This document shows positions 19,156 through 29,201 of a DNA stretch of 64,000 nt, piece by piece. The notes beneath the pieces are model-generated. The model was not told the origin of the DNA. It was given only the letters and a program-made list of their open reading frames with translations, and did not search any database. The position numbers and the translations under genes were made by a program. The stretch is from a virus (Duplodnaviria > Caudoviricetes), in the IMG/VR virus record IMGVR_UViG_3300028883_000049, positions 480 to 64,479 of that record. The stretch is one strand, 5' to 3'. Each line of letters opens with the position of its first letter. Within the stretch, counting starts at the first letter, position 1.

Positions 19156-19881
19156 AAATTTCTCGCGCCTTTCGCGCCTGTTTTATAGTCACCTTTCACG
19201 CTTGCGCAACATAGACTCAAAAATCAAGAAAAAAATTCAATAAGATATTGAACACAAAAAAGCCGAAAGAAAAAATCCAAGCCGTTTACTTTTTGTGTTG
19301 TTTTTAAGTACAAAATCACTCCAAATCCTTGAGCCCATGTGGCTATGGGGCTTTTGTTGTGTCTGTTTGCCGAAACAGACATGAAAAATCCCCCAGCCCT
19401 TACGGGGTGGGGGATGGAAGAATTTATCCAACACATTTGGTAAACGGCTTGGAAAAAATCTTTCGGCTTTTGAAACATAACAAGTTGTTTTCAGCATCAT
19501 TTAATTCTTTTTCTCTTTCTCAACCTGTTGCTGTGAATTGCTGCGCAGCTTCTGCAACAATAGCGCCTCGTTCTGAAATTTTGCGGCGTCTCCCCTTTCT
19601 TTTTCGTGATCGGATTTCCACATTCAGGAAGCTCACACAAACGCAATGGTTGATCATCATCATACCTGCAACGCTCCATTGTTCGACCTCCTCGGCAACA
19701 ACTCCAGTTGAATCCCCTCACTTTCCTCTTGTCCGTAAAGATCAGGATACTCATCACAATAGCGCCTGGCCTCGCCCTCAAAACAATCCGCGCAAAACAT
19801 CATGATCGCGATCCGCTCCTCACGGTTGATTCTCTGATCGTTGGTCATTTCAATCATTCAATCTTCTTGCCAGCGAAAATT

Positions 19882-20187
19882 TTACAGGCAGAACACTGGT
19901 ATCTCGGCCAACCATGATTGTTTCTCTTGTTCATTTTCTTTTAATATTTTATCTCTTTCCCATATGCGTAATTCAATTTCTACCCGATCAAAAGCACTGG
20001 ATGGCTCGCGTATATGCTCTGACCGAACATTTTTATCGATGATCTGCACACCTACTTCTATCGGTGGATGTGGACTAGAAAACTTAATTTTGCACGACGG
20101 GCAGCAAAGCCAACGATCAACGATTTTGTTAGAGATAAACGCGCTGCAATCAGCTCTATGCCCACAAATGCACGATATTTCAACCAT
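19882..20187 (-). CDS. Zn-finger hypothetical protein
   Basis: CICG...CCPSC. Confidence 0.45.
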   Translation of the reverse strand: MVEISCICGHRADCSAFISNKIVDRWLCCPSCKIKFSSPHPPIEVGVQIIDKNVRSEHIREPSSAFDRVEIELRIWERDKILKENEQEKQSWLAEIPVFCL

Positions 20188-20585
20188 TACCGACCACCTC
20201 CCGCCAGCTTAACCCGACCATTTTCATCAGCCACCTTGAAAGACGTACCGAACGACCCGTTCAAGGTCTCCGCCAGCTCGCGCAGCTTATTCCTCTGGAC
20301 CTCCGGCGGATCGATCTGCACCAACAGCTTAACATCCTCCCCTTCACTTTCCGGCAGCCGTGGTAACGGAGCCATCGCCGCCAGGTCGCTCAACTCCTTC
20401 GGCTTCGGAAACCACACCAGCTTTTTCTCCGCTTCAAGCGCCGCCCACTCAACCGCCTCGATCCGTGTTGTCCGTAACGCATCCCAGAAAATATTGATCC
20501 GTGCTTTCGATTGCGGCTGGTCAAGAGCAAGTTCCAACCGGCTCATTGCCTGTACGAATCGTCCCCATTCGTCATCTGTCATCAC
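20187..20585 (-). CDS. Replication accessory protein (lambda P / helicase-loader-inhibitor position)
   Basis: Coupled to the initiator; WFPKPKEL motif. Confidence 0.55.
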   Translation of the reverse strand: MMTDDEWGRFVQAMSRLELALDQPQSKARINIFWDALRTTRIEAVEWAALEAEKKLVWFPKPKELSDLAAMAPLPRLPESEGEDVKLLVQIDPPEVQRNKLRELAETLNGSFGTSFKVADENGRVKLAGGGR

Positions 20586-21478
20586 CTGCTCCTCGGCGGG
20601 CCATCCGCCATCAACTCCCTTGCCGTGTTAATCACCTTCTCCTGCTTTTTATCCCTCGTTTTCTTCCCCGTCGAACGCGGCGAAGCACGCGCCTTACCGT
20701 CCCGCAGCGCAATCAAGCGCTCCACCACGTTCCGCTGCCTGAACCGCATCGGGTCGCCGCCGATCTCCGCGTAAACATCCCTGATCCGCAGCAACGCAAC
20801 CCCCTTGTCCAACACCGCCCTGATCACATCAAGCGGCGGCATCGCCCCCACCCCACAAACCTGCAAATGCAACTCGCTGATTTTCTTCACCTCATCGGAA
20901 AAATCATCAATCTGAGGATCTTCAGGGGGGGGAGACCCCTCATCGCACGCACGCGCGGTGTCTACCACTACCCCTTCCCCCTTCTTTCTTCCTTCTTCTA
21001 ACTTCAAACTTCTCAAAGAAGGCAAGTCCGCGCCTTGTTCTTCACTGGTCTCGGAGTAGTCCCGTACTAGTCCCGTACTAGTCCCGTACTCGCTTATTTC
21101 ATTTTCAGGCTCAACACCATTTTCAACGTAACCTGGAAGATCATCATCCCCCAGTTTGTCTTGGCGCAGATCCTGGTGCTCACTTAAAAAATTGAGAGAA
21201 TGCAGCCACCGACGGCCATCATGCTCAAACCATTTCACATTTGTTTTATCGGAGATTTCCTGAAGATAATCAGGCAGATTTTGGTAGGTGAAATACTCAA
21301 TAAACGGCGCGATCTCGTCCTTAATGTAACCAGGACCGCCTGGCATTTTTCCATGTGAATTAAAGTGCGGAATCAACAAACAAAAAAGAACACCCGCTTC
21401 AGAAGATAAGCTGGCAAACTTTTTCGATTCGCTGATTGTCTTCCGCAACATCCTCCCATTTGCTTTCGGCGACGCCAT
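20582..21478 (-). CDS. Phage replication initiator (O-like)
   Basis: GRML...ISES.KF..LS N-terminus; FLSEHQ; internal tandem repeats. Confidence 0.7.
   Translation of the reverse strand: MASPKANGRMLRKTISESKKFASLSSEAGVLFCLLIPHFNSHGKMPGGPGYIKDEIAPFIEYFTYQNLPDYLQEISDKTNVKWFEHDGRRWLHSLNFLSEHQDLRQDKLGDDDLPGYVENGVEPENEISEYGTSTGLVRDYSETSEEQGADLPSLRSLKLEEGRKKGEGVVVDTARACDEGSPPPEDPQIDDFSDEVKKISELHLQVCGVGAMPPLDVIRAVLDKGVALLRIRDVYAEIGGDPMRFRQRNVVERLIALRDGKARASPRSTGKKTRDKKQEKVINTARELMADGPPRSR
21057..21089. repeat. 3 x 11 bp tandem repeat TAGTCCCGTAC (candidate iterons/ori)
   Basis: Exact copies at 21057, 21068 and 21079, inside the initiator gene. Confidence 0.7.
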
Positions 21479-21775
21479 AACAACCCCACAAGGCAAAAAA
21501 ACTATTTAAGATCCCTCGGCAAAACAAGCACAGTGATCAACTCACATCGATATCCGAACAGATAAACAAACTGCCCATACACACGGATATTGTGTGCCGT
21601 GCGATATTTCATAAACAATGTGTCCAGATACCATTTCAATTTTCCCCGTGCCTGAGCATGCGTCATTCCTTTATTAAAAGCCCGCTCCGCATGCCGCTGA
21701 CAACTCATCTTCGGCAACCCGACCCTCTGCTTTAAGCGCATTCTCGCGTGATTTGTCACTCTGATCTGGACCTGA

Positions 21776-22054
21776 TCACTCAAAACCCCTCTGCTCCCTG
21801 CCGCACTGCCAGCACATAATATTCCCCGTCTTCCCGCTGATCGTGAACAGCCAACATCCGCAGCCGCATACCCAGGTCGGCTCCGGCACAACGCCATATT
21901 TCAAAACCCCCTTCATCAACCCGCAGTTGCCGCACTCAAGCTCGTCAAACCGACCGGAAGGAGCCACGGCGGTCCACTCATGACCGCAGGCCACGCACAC
22001 CGCCGGTCCAGAAACATGCGGCATCTTGTTTTGCAGATCGATTATTTTCGGCAT
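21776..22054 (-). CDS. Cys-rich Zn-binding phage protein
   Basis: CVACGHEW...CGNCG...CGCG...CWQCG. Confidence 0.6.
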   Translation of the reverse strand: MPKIIDLQNKMPHVSGPAVCVACGHEWTAVAPSGRFDELECGNCGLMKGVLKYGVVPEPTWVCGCGCWLFTISGKTGNIMCWQCGREQRGFE

Positions 22055-23404
22055 TCACATCATCCCTGAAATTTGCTCTAAAAACAGAGCATCATCCGTC
22101 GACTGCACACCATGCCGCTTGTGGTACCACCGCCCCCCACCGATCACCTTCCATCCATTACGTTTCAGAAGACAGTGTCTGCTATGTTTTGTTTGCCAAC
22201 TCCTGAAAATTCTTAACAATACGATCACCCTCACCCGTAATTTCAACGTATTGAATATTAAAAATCTTTTCTCTCATGTCCTCCAATTTCATCTTCAAGT
22301 CAGCAACCTGATTTTTCAGCTCTATCCGCTCTTCCAGTGCCGCCGAACTCTTTTCAGCCAGAGACTTAATCACCTCCAGCAACTCTTCACGCGAACACTC
22401 CTCAAGCGGCTTAAACGGCTCAAGATTTAAACAACCAACCCCACCACCGGTGACACTTCCACTCACCACGCTTTCCATCGTCACCGACGGCATAGTGAAA
22501 TAAGACTGTATCCGGCACAACTCACCTGAATTATTCAGATATAAATCTCCAGGTTTTGTTTTTTCTGTTATTTTGACTGCCATAGATAAATCCTTTTCCT
22601 CAACCCCTAACCCTCGTTCCATGCCCGCACCATTCACAAGCCACATAAACAGGTTTCCGCGCCTGATCCAAAACATCCCCCCTGATCATTACCCAACCGT
22701 TACGCTCCCAACCGCACGTAACTCCAAAAATCCCGTAGACTCTCAAAGCATTGAAGCGCAGCGCCGTCACCACCATATCGTCAGGAATGATATTCTTACT
22801 CATAAAGCAATGAGACGCAGTGTGACTTTTTTCACCCTGAAGAAGGTCATAAATAAACGGTAATCCCGGCACGTCCAGAGGTAGTTCCCGCAATATACGG
22901 TCGAACTCTTTGTATTGGTCCCGATCCGACTCGTGCAACTCCAGCAGCAACATCTCACATCGCTTATGAGCGAACCTCAGACTGCTCGACAACTGCTTCT
23001 CACGCTCGATAGATGTTTCCAGTTCCCGCGAAAAACCCAACACGCAGGCCGCAGCCACCACAAAACACCAGGACAAAACAATCACCGCCGCGATCATCCC
23101 TTCCCCTTCCCATTCAAACAATTCGCCAAATACCACAACTTACTGCGCATCAAAGCAGACTTCTCCTTCTTCATAGCCACCTTGATATACAAATCCTCCA
23201 GCCAACCCAGCAGTTGTTCGATCTTCTTGCAATCCTCGTGGTACACACGCGGACGCCCAATCCCCTTCTGTTCCACCTCGAAACCGCAGATCGGGCAAAT
23301 CACCGCCCTCTTTCGCACGTCGAAAGTATTGCTGTTTAAAAGAACAGCACTTCCCGACTGTTCAGCGTCGCACTGTTCTTTCAGGTTGTTTGAAAAAGAA
23401 GAAT

Positions 23405-23791
23405 TCAACTCGCCTTCCGCTCCTCGATCTTGCGCACATTCGCCCGATAAACCGTACACACATCGCCAGGGTCGCGATAATTTTCAAGCTCTTCACTGCC
23501 GTCTAATCGCTTCACCAGTAAATCGGCAATCCGCACCTCGCCACCGGCAGACTTGATTGCCAGCCATAATGTTTTCTGCATCTCTTCATTTTCCTTCACC
23601 AGCGGCCCCACATGCCGGTCGATCAACAACGACACCCGCGAAAACAACGAACGCACCCGCGCCCTGAAACGCAAGTCATGCTGAAAGCGCTCAAACGCCC
23701 TGTCAGGGTTCGGCAATCCGCCCTGCTCGTCATCCTCGATAAAACAATTCAGCAGACACGTCGCGAACAGATCGTCATGCAGCTTTTTCAT
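23405..23791 (-). CDS. Phage hypothetical protein
   Basis: Coupled ORF in the early operon. Confidence 0.5.
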   Translation of the reverse strand: MKKLHDDLFATCLLNCFIEDDEQGGLPNPDRAFERFQHDLRFRARVRSLFSRVSLLIDRHVGPLVKENEEMQKTLWLAIKSAGGEVRIADLLVKRLDGSEELENYRDPGDVCTVYRANVRKIEERKAS

Positions 23792-24180
23792 GAAATTCTC
23801 GCCTCGTCGATCAGCTTTTCAACCTCTTCACCAACCGGATCATGCGTATACCAGCGCAGCGTCTTGTTAAGGCTTATGGCATGTTTGATCTCGTTCGATG
23901 TACTTATGCCGATATAGTCATTCCTGTTCACAATAAAAACTTCATCCGCCATCTCAATCTTTTGCAGATGAAGCCTGTCCATAGCTTCAGAAACACCCTC
24001 ATATTCAGCCAGATGATCTGTTATTTTTTCTCCGCTGTACCAAGCCGGCAAAAGATGAAGCCCCATCGTGATTGCATGTTCATCACGTTCAATCAGCCAG
24101 CTGACAACAGACATCTCTTGCACGTACCGCGAAGATCCACACAGCACAACAATCTTAGGCTTCTTATCTTTCTTCGACAT
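23788..24180 (-). CDS. Nucleoside 2-deoxyribosyltransferase-like (DUF4406-like) protein
   Basis: IVVLCGS...HLQKIEMADEVFIVN..YIG.ST..EI..A. Confidence 0.55.
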   Translation of the reverse strand: MSKKDKKPKIVVLCGSSRYVQEMSVVSWLIERDEHAITMGLHLLPAWYSGEKITDHLAEYEGVSEAMDRLHLQKIEMADEVFIVNRNDYIGISTSNEIKHAISLNKTLRWYTHDPVGEEVEKLIDEARIS

Positions 24181-24344
24181 TGCCCACCTCCACCGCCTCA
24201 ATCGTCAACGTTTCAGGGTTATATTCCCCCCGATATCGTCGCCCGCAATAAGGGCACGCTGCCGGATGTTCCTTACCATCCTCAACCCAGCACGCAGCCT
24301 TGCCGCATTTGCACTTCACTAACGCACTTGTGCTCATAATCACC

Positions 24345-24632
24345 TCACGAAAGATTCGGACTGTTCAGGCCGACAACTCCTCCAATTTCTTGCCGTAACG
24401 CCGGATGCATGAACAAACCATATGAAGTTTTGATCACGTTTCGGCTTGGAATTTCCTTTAAAACTCGCTTGGTTTTCACCCACGGCTGAAATGGCTCAAC
24501 CACAGGATGCAATACCGGTTCGATCCACCTCTCACGAAAGGTTTTTTCAACTTCAACCTCAACCGTATCGGTTAAATAACGACTTTCAAAAACCGGAAGG
24601 TTTCTAAAATAACCACTTAATCCTGGGTGCAT
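24345..24632 (-). CDS. Phage hypothetical protein
   Basis: KTFRERW...FMHPA; overlaps the gmhB end. Confidence 0.5.
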   Translation of the reverse strand: MHPGLSGYFRNLPVFESRYLTDTVEVEVEKTFRERWIEPVLHPVVEPFQPWVKTKRVLKEIPSRNVIKTSYGLFMHPALRQEIGGVVGLNSPNLS

Positions 24633-25141
24633 TTTTTCTCCTTATCCAAAGCAAAAAGAAAATCGACCGCCTCACCAAGACCATAAAACGGCCCATGATT
24701 ATGAATCAGCAAAGGACAGCACCCGGCCCTGATCCCAGCCTGAACATCCGACAATTGATCCCCCACCATGTACGACTGCTCCAGGTCGATCCCCAGACCC
24801 TTCGCCGCCTGCAGCAGCATTCCCGGTTTCGGCTTGCGACACTCGCAACCCTCGTTCGGACCGTGCGGACACAGATAAATCCCGTTTAACTCCACCCCAT
24901 ATTCCCGCAGCAGCTCACGCATATGTTCATGCAGCGCGTCAACAGTCTCCAGGCTGAAAAAACCCCGCCCTATACCCGACTGATTCGTCACCACAACCAA
25001 CAGAAATCCCGCATCCTGCAACCGCTTTAAAGCCTCCGGTACTCCCGGCAACAGTTCAAACTTGTCCCGCTCGATCACGTAGCCGTTATCCACGTTGATC
25101 GTCCCGTCCCGATCCAGAAACACCGCCCGTCTACCCGACAT
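24617..25141 (-). CDS. gmhB: D,D-heptose 1,7-bisphosphate phosphatase
   Basis: HAD motif FLDRDGTIN, TNQSGIGRG, CPH...CECRKPKPGM, MVGD..SD. Confidence 0.93.
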   Translation of the reverse strand: MSGRRAVFLDRDGTINVDNGYVIERDKFELLPGVPEALKRLQDAGFLLVVVTNQSGIGRGFFSLETVDALHEHMRELLREYGVELNGIYLCPHGPNEGCECRKPKPGMLLQAAKGLGIDLEQSYMVGDQLSDVQAGIRAGCCPLLIHNHGPFYGLGEAVDFLFALDKEKKCTQD

Positions 25142-26540
25142 AACGCCTCACCACCTCGTCGATAATCCCGCTCGTCGATACCCCGTCCGTCAATGCAATC
25201 AAATCAACCCTGCCGCCATTCATTTCGACAAACTTCCTTCCGACAACTTCATGATTTGCATAGTCCGAACCCTTCACCAACACATCGGGTTTCACCGTCT
25301 TGATCAGAACCAACGGTGTAATTGCATCAAAAATCGTCACGTAATCCACGCAATCCAGCGCTGCCAACAGCTGCGCCCGTTCGCCCTGATTCAACACCGG
25401 TCGCTTACTGCCCTTCAACGCCCGTACCGAATCGTCAGAGTTCAAGCCCACAACCAGCACATCCCCACGTTTCCTGGCTTCTTTCAACAAGCGCACATGT
25501 CCAGCATGCAACAGATCGAAACACCCGTTCGTAAAAACAATACGATCATTCCTCTTTCGATGGTTCGCCATTAAATCTCTGATCTTGCCAAAAGCAACAA
25601 TCTTGCTCGCATGCTCATCGCTGAATCTCCTCAGCAAATCATCCGCCGTTATCGTGGCCGTCCCCACCTTGCCAACAACAATTCCCGCCGCCGCGTTCGC
25701 CAGTTCAGCGGCCTGGTGTAACGACAAACCCGCCGCCAGACCAACACCAACGCACGCCAGCACCGTATCCCCAGCGCCAGAAACGTCAAACACCTCCCGC
25801 GCCTCCGCCAGAAAATGAGTCTCTGCATTGTCCGCCAACAATGTCATTCCATGCTGACCTTGCGTCACCAAAGCCGCAGAAATACCGACGGACAGATACT
25901 TTTCTCCAGCCAGTTTAAATTCCTTGGCGTTCGGCGTAATCAGCGTCGCCCCTTCATAGCGGGAAAAATCCCTCCCCTTCGGATCGACCACCACTGGGAC
26001 ATGAATCTCCTGACTCAGGCGAATAACCTCACTTAACACCCGATCCGTCAAAACCCCCTTGGCATAATCCGAAACCAGCACCACATCCACTTGTGGAAGA
26101 ACTTTTTTAATGTAATCGAGCAGCAAACCTTCCATCCCGTCAGAAATCGGCTCTTTCTCATCCAAATCAACCCGAACAACCTGCTGATCCCCGGCAAGCA
26201 CTCTGGTTTTAACCGTGGTCTCACGACGGACATCAACCAACAGTCCGTCGTGACCAACTCCACTCCGACTAAACAACAGCGGTAACATTAGCGCCCCATC
26301 GCCACGCCCCGTCACCGAAACAATCTTCACCTTGCACCCCAGCGCCGCCAGGTTCGCAGCTACATTCCCCGCCCCACCAAGCCGGGTTTCCTCGCGCCGA
26401 ACAGCCACCACCGGAACCGGAGCCTCAGGCGACACCCGATCCACCGTTCCAAAAATGTACCGGTCAAGCATCACATCCCCCACCACCAGCACGGATGCTT
26501 TGCGAACCCCGGTTAAAACTTTTTCAATATCTATTTCCAT
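25131..26540 (-). CDS. hldE: Bifunctional heptose-7-phosphate kinase / heptose-1-phosphate adenylyltransferase
   Basis: VGDVMLDRY, SPEAPVPV, GGAGNVA, DVSGAGDTV; FTNGCFDLLHAGHV, GLNSDDSV, GVSTS. Confidence 0.95.
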   Translation of the reverse strand: MEIDIEKVLTGVRKASVLVVGDVMLDRYIFGTVDRVSPEAPVPVVAVRREETRLGGAGNVAANLAALGCKVKIVSVTGRGDGALMLPLLFSRSGVGHDGLLVDVRRETTVKTRVLAGDQQVVRVDLDEKEPISDGMEGLLLDYIKKVLPQVDVVLVSDYAKGVLTDRVLSEVIRLSQEIHVPVVVDPKGRDFSRYEGATLITPNAKEFKLAGEKYLSVGISAALVTQGQHGMTLLADNAETHFLAEAREVFDVSGAGDTVLACVGVGLAAGLSLHQAAELANAAAGIVVGKVGTATITADDLLRRFSDEHASKIVAFGKIRDLMANHRKRNDRIVFTNGCFDLLHAGHVRLLKEARKRGDVLVVGLNSDDSVRALKGSKRPVLNQGERAQLLAALDCVDYVTIFDAITPLVLIKTVKPDVLVKGSDYANHEVVGRKFVEMNGGRVDLIALTDGVSTSGIIDEVVRRYVG

Positions 26541-26565
26541 AGATCAAAGCCTATAAACAGACACA

Positions 26566-26835
26566 TCAGGCAATGTGCCTACGATGAACAACGGCACTTT
26601 TAGGTATCACCATGTCGCCACAACTTTGCTCCTCAGCGTGGATAAGATCGTTTGCCGGGGAAAGATGAGGGGCAAGAATTATGGCTTCATCAGTTTCCTT
26701 TAATATCCATCCGACTGAGAAGCAGCGGTGTGCATGAGGTTCTGCAGCTTCGGTTTCGCGCCACTCAGCACTCACGCCATAACTGTCCCGCCATTCCAGA
26801 TACACAAGTTCATAATGACTAACAAGCACATTCAA
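26566..26835 (-). CDS. Phage hypothetical protein inserted between gmhA and hldE
   Basis: VYLEWRDS...SVGW...IP pattern typical of small phage proteins. Confidence 0.6.
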   Translation of the reverse strand: MNVLVSHYELVYLEWRDSYGVSAEWRETEAAEPHAHRCFSVGWILKETDEAIILAPHLSPANDLIHAEEQSCGDMVIPKSAVVHRRHIA

Positions 26836-27470
26836 ATCCGTTCCTCCTTTAGTTTGAACATCCGCTCCTCGATCAGCTCGCACAAAATATGGATAATCAG
26901 AATATGAACTTCCTGAATCCGTGCCGGGTCCATCGACGGAACCACCAGCGGGTGTTCAACCATCTGTGCCGCCATCCCGCCAGCTTTCCCCAGCAAACCA
27001 AAAGGGACGCAGTCCATCCTGTTTGCCGCATTCAACGCCAGCAGAATATTCTCCGATTCCCCGCTCGTCGAAATCACAAAAACAATGTCACCCGGATTCG
27101 CCAGCGCCTCCACCTGGCGTTGAAAGATCCGGCTGAAATCGTAATCGTTGCCCACCGCCGTCAGTGTCGCCACATCAGCATTCAGACACACCGCAGGCAA
27201 AGCCCCGCGCTCGCGCTTAAAGCGTCCCACCAGCTCCGCCGCAAAATGCAGAGCATCCGCCGCCGAACCGCCATTCCCCATAATCAGAATCTTCTTCCCC
27301 GCCAGGATCGCATTACCCATCTCTTCGGCCACAACCTTGATCGCAGGCGACAACTCCGCCGCTGTCCGTCTCACCGCTCGGCCATGCTCACCCATCACAT
27401 TCCTGATCCATTGCGTTGTGTTATTCATCCACATTTTCGACATCCATCGCATAAGTCTCTTTGCATCCAC
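26832..27470 (-). CDS. gmhA: Sedoheptulose-7-phosphate isomerase (start uncertain)
   Basis: GNGGSAADA.HFAAELVGRF, GNDY, ISTSGES, RIQEVH. Confidence 0.95.
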   Translation of the reverse strand: MDAKRLMRWMSKMWMNNTTQWIRNVMGEHGRAVRRTAAELSPAIKVVAEEMGNAILAGKKILIMGNGGSAADALHFAAELVGRFKRERGALPAVCLNADVATLTAVGNDYDFSRIFQRQVEALANPGDIVFVISTSGESENILLALNAANRMDCVPFGLLGKAGGMAAQMVEHPLVVPSMDPARIQEVHILIIHILCELIEERMFKLKEERI

Positions 27471-27498
27471 AAAGCGGACAGGCCATCACCCATAACCC

Positions 27499-27942
27499 CT
27501 AACCCAACTCTTCAACCATCAAAGGCTCATACTGGTTAAACATTTTTTCGATCACCGGCAGAATAACCTTATCTCCAGCCTTCCTTGCTCTCTCAACGCA
27601 AACCAAAGGGTCTGTATCTATCTCCATAAACTCAACTGACCACTCTTTACTGATCCACTCGGACCGTCTCTTAACCGTCGTATTTGTCGCATCAAGAATC
27701 ACGGTCTTGTGTCCAGCCAGAAACAGAGACCTCACCATAGTCTTTGCAATCGCCCACACATGAGGCTCAGCCTCAGCAGAAAAACGCTGCCCATGAAGCG
27801 CCACACGAATCGAATCAGGGTTCACCATAGGAAAACCAAGCTCCTTCGCAGCCGTCGATTTGCCCGAATAAGGCAGACCGACCATAACGATCAAATAGCA
27901 GTTCTCAGGACAAATCTTCTGTGTCTTCAAGTTGCCACTCAT
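27499..27942 (-). CDS. AAA_33 / polynucleotide-kinase-like P-loop kinase
   Basis: MVGLPYSGKST, D.IR, ILDATN..R. Confidence 0.8.
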   Translation of the reverse strand: MSGNLKTQKICPENCYLIVMVGLPYSGKSTAAKELGFPMVNPDSIRVALHGQRFSAEAEPHVWAIAKTMVRSLFLAGHKTVILDATNTTVKRRSEWISKEWSVEFMEIDTDPLVCVERARKAGDKVILPVIEKMFNQYEPLMVEELG

Positions 27943-29201
27943 CAACAATCTCTCCTCTGCGTTAAAAATAAAAAAGATTTCCCCTGTTGCCGGGTTGTCG
28001 GTTTCGTCTCGTCCCTCAACAATGCGACAACCACAATCTCTCAACGACGTCCCGGCAGCGCCCTTTGCGCCCAGGGGAAACTGACAACCTGGTTACTGGC
28101 CGGACATGTCCGGCGCATCGCCGAATGCTCGAACGCTCACGTCGTGTCCTTCAAAAACACCCTCAAGCGCCGCCTTGGCGTCCGCCATGTCACCACTGCC
28201 CTGCAGCGTGAACCCATACGTAGGACCCTGAATCTCCGCCAAAAACTTCTCTTCCATACCTGTTCTCCTTTGCCTTTCGGCTGTTGTTAAAATTCACCCC
28301 TATGGTGAAAAAAAAATATTCCACACGCCGACCAGAAACAATCGGGACACACCCAGCACCCGCCCTGGCTGATACACTGTCCACCGCAAATAGGGCAGAT
28401 CACTCCACTCCTCCCACCAACTTCAACCAATGCGTTCCAGGATGATAAATCTCTCCATCAGCGCCCCGATCAACCGCCACGTCAACAGCACAACCACCAC
28501 TCACCCCAAAGGCCAGAACCACGCACACCGCAACCAGCAGTAACAAACGCATCAGATCCAGCGTATCCTCGTCGTCCTTATGGCTTTTCGGGTCGCGGAA
28601 GTCACTCATCAGCAATACTCCTCACTGCCGATCCACTGCCCGATGTAATAGCTGCGATTATTGCAACTGATTTTCACCCGCCCGTCGCCACAGCGCAGCA
28701 CGTTCCACGACAGCCCAGACTGCCTGCAAACGCCACCGTTCCACAGCCAGCGATCCCGCCAGTACGACACCAGCGCAACCAGCATCAACACCGCCGACAC
28801 AACCAGCAGCAACAAAAACAAACCAACCGTCGCCCGAAAAGCCAGATCCCATGCACTCATAACAAACTCCCTGCAATCACATGCCCGGCCAGCAGTAGAA
28901 TCCCGCCGACAACCACCCAATACGCGATAAAATCAAGCATCAGCTCACCCCTTAAAAAAGGCCGGGAGGCAGGAGGGATAAAAACCTCCCGGCCAAGCTG
29001 CCGACTACCGGACCGCTCCGGCATCCGACCTTTCACCAACCAAGCGCCGGTCGAACCCCTGGAGGGGGGATAGAGGCTCGACCGGCTCACCCGCGCCCAA
29101 GCCAATGACCGCAGGTTTAAGCTTTTCCAATTCACACATCACACAACCCTGTCCGCGCCCAATCTTTCGTGGCTTCCCGCACCCTTCGCAGTAAGCAACC
29201 A

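Noticed and set aside
19150-19420. Late promoter or pac site in the AT-rich gap before terS (TCGCGCCT twice, two hairpins)
   Set aside because: Position is plausible, but no element could be assigned with confidence from sequence alone
21057-21089. CRISPR array
   Set aside because: 11-bp contiguous repeats without spacers; no cas genes or arrays seen in the window
24617-27470. Host LPS operon interrupting the prophage
   Set aside because: Genes are co-oriented with, overlapping and interleaved with phage early ORFs; no waa/hldD neighbours
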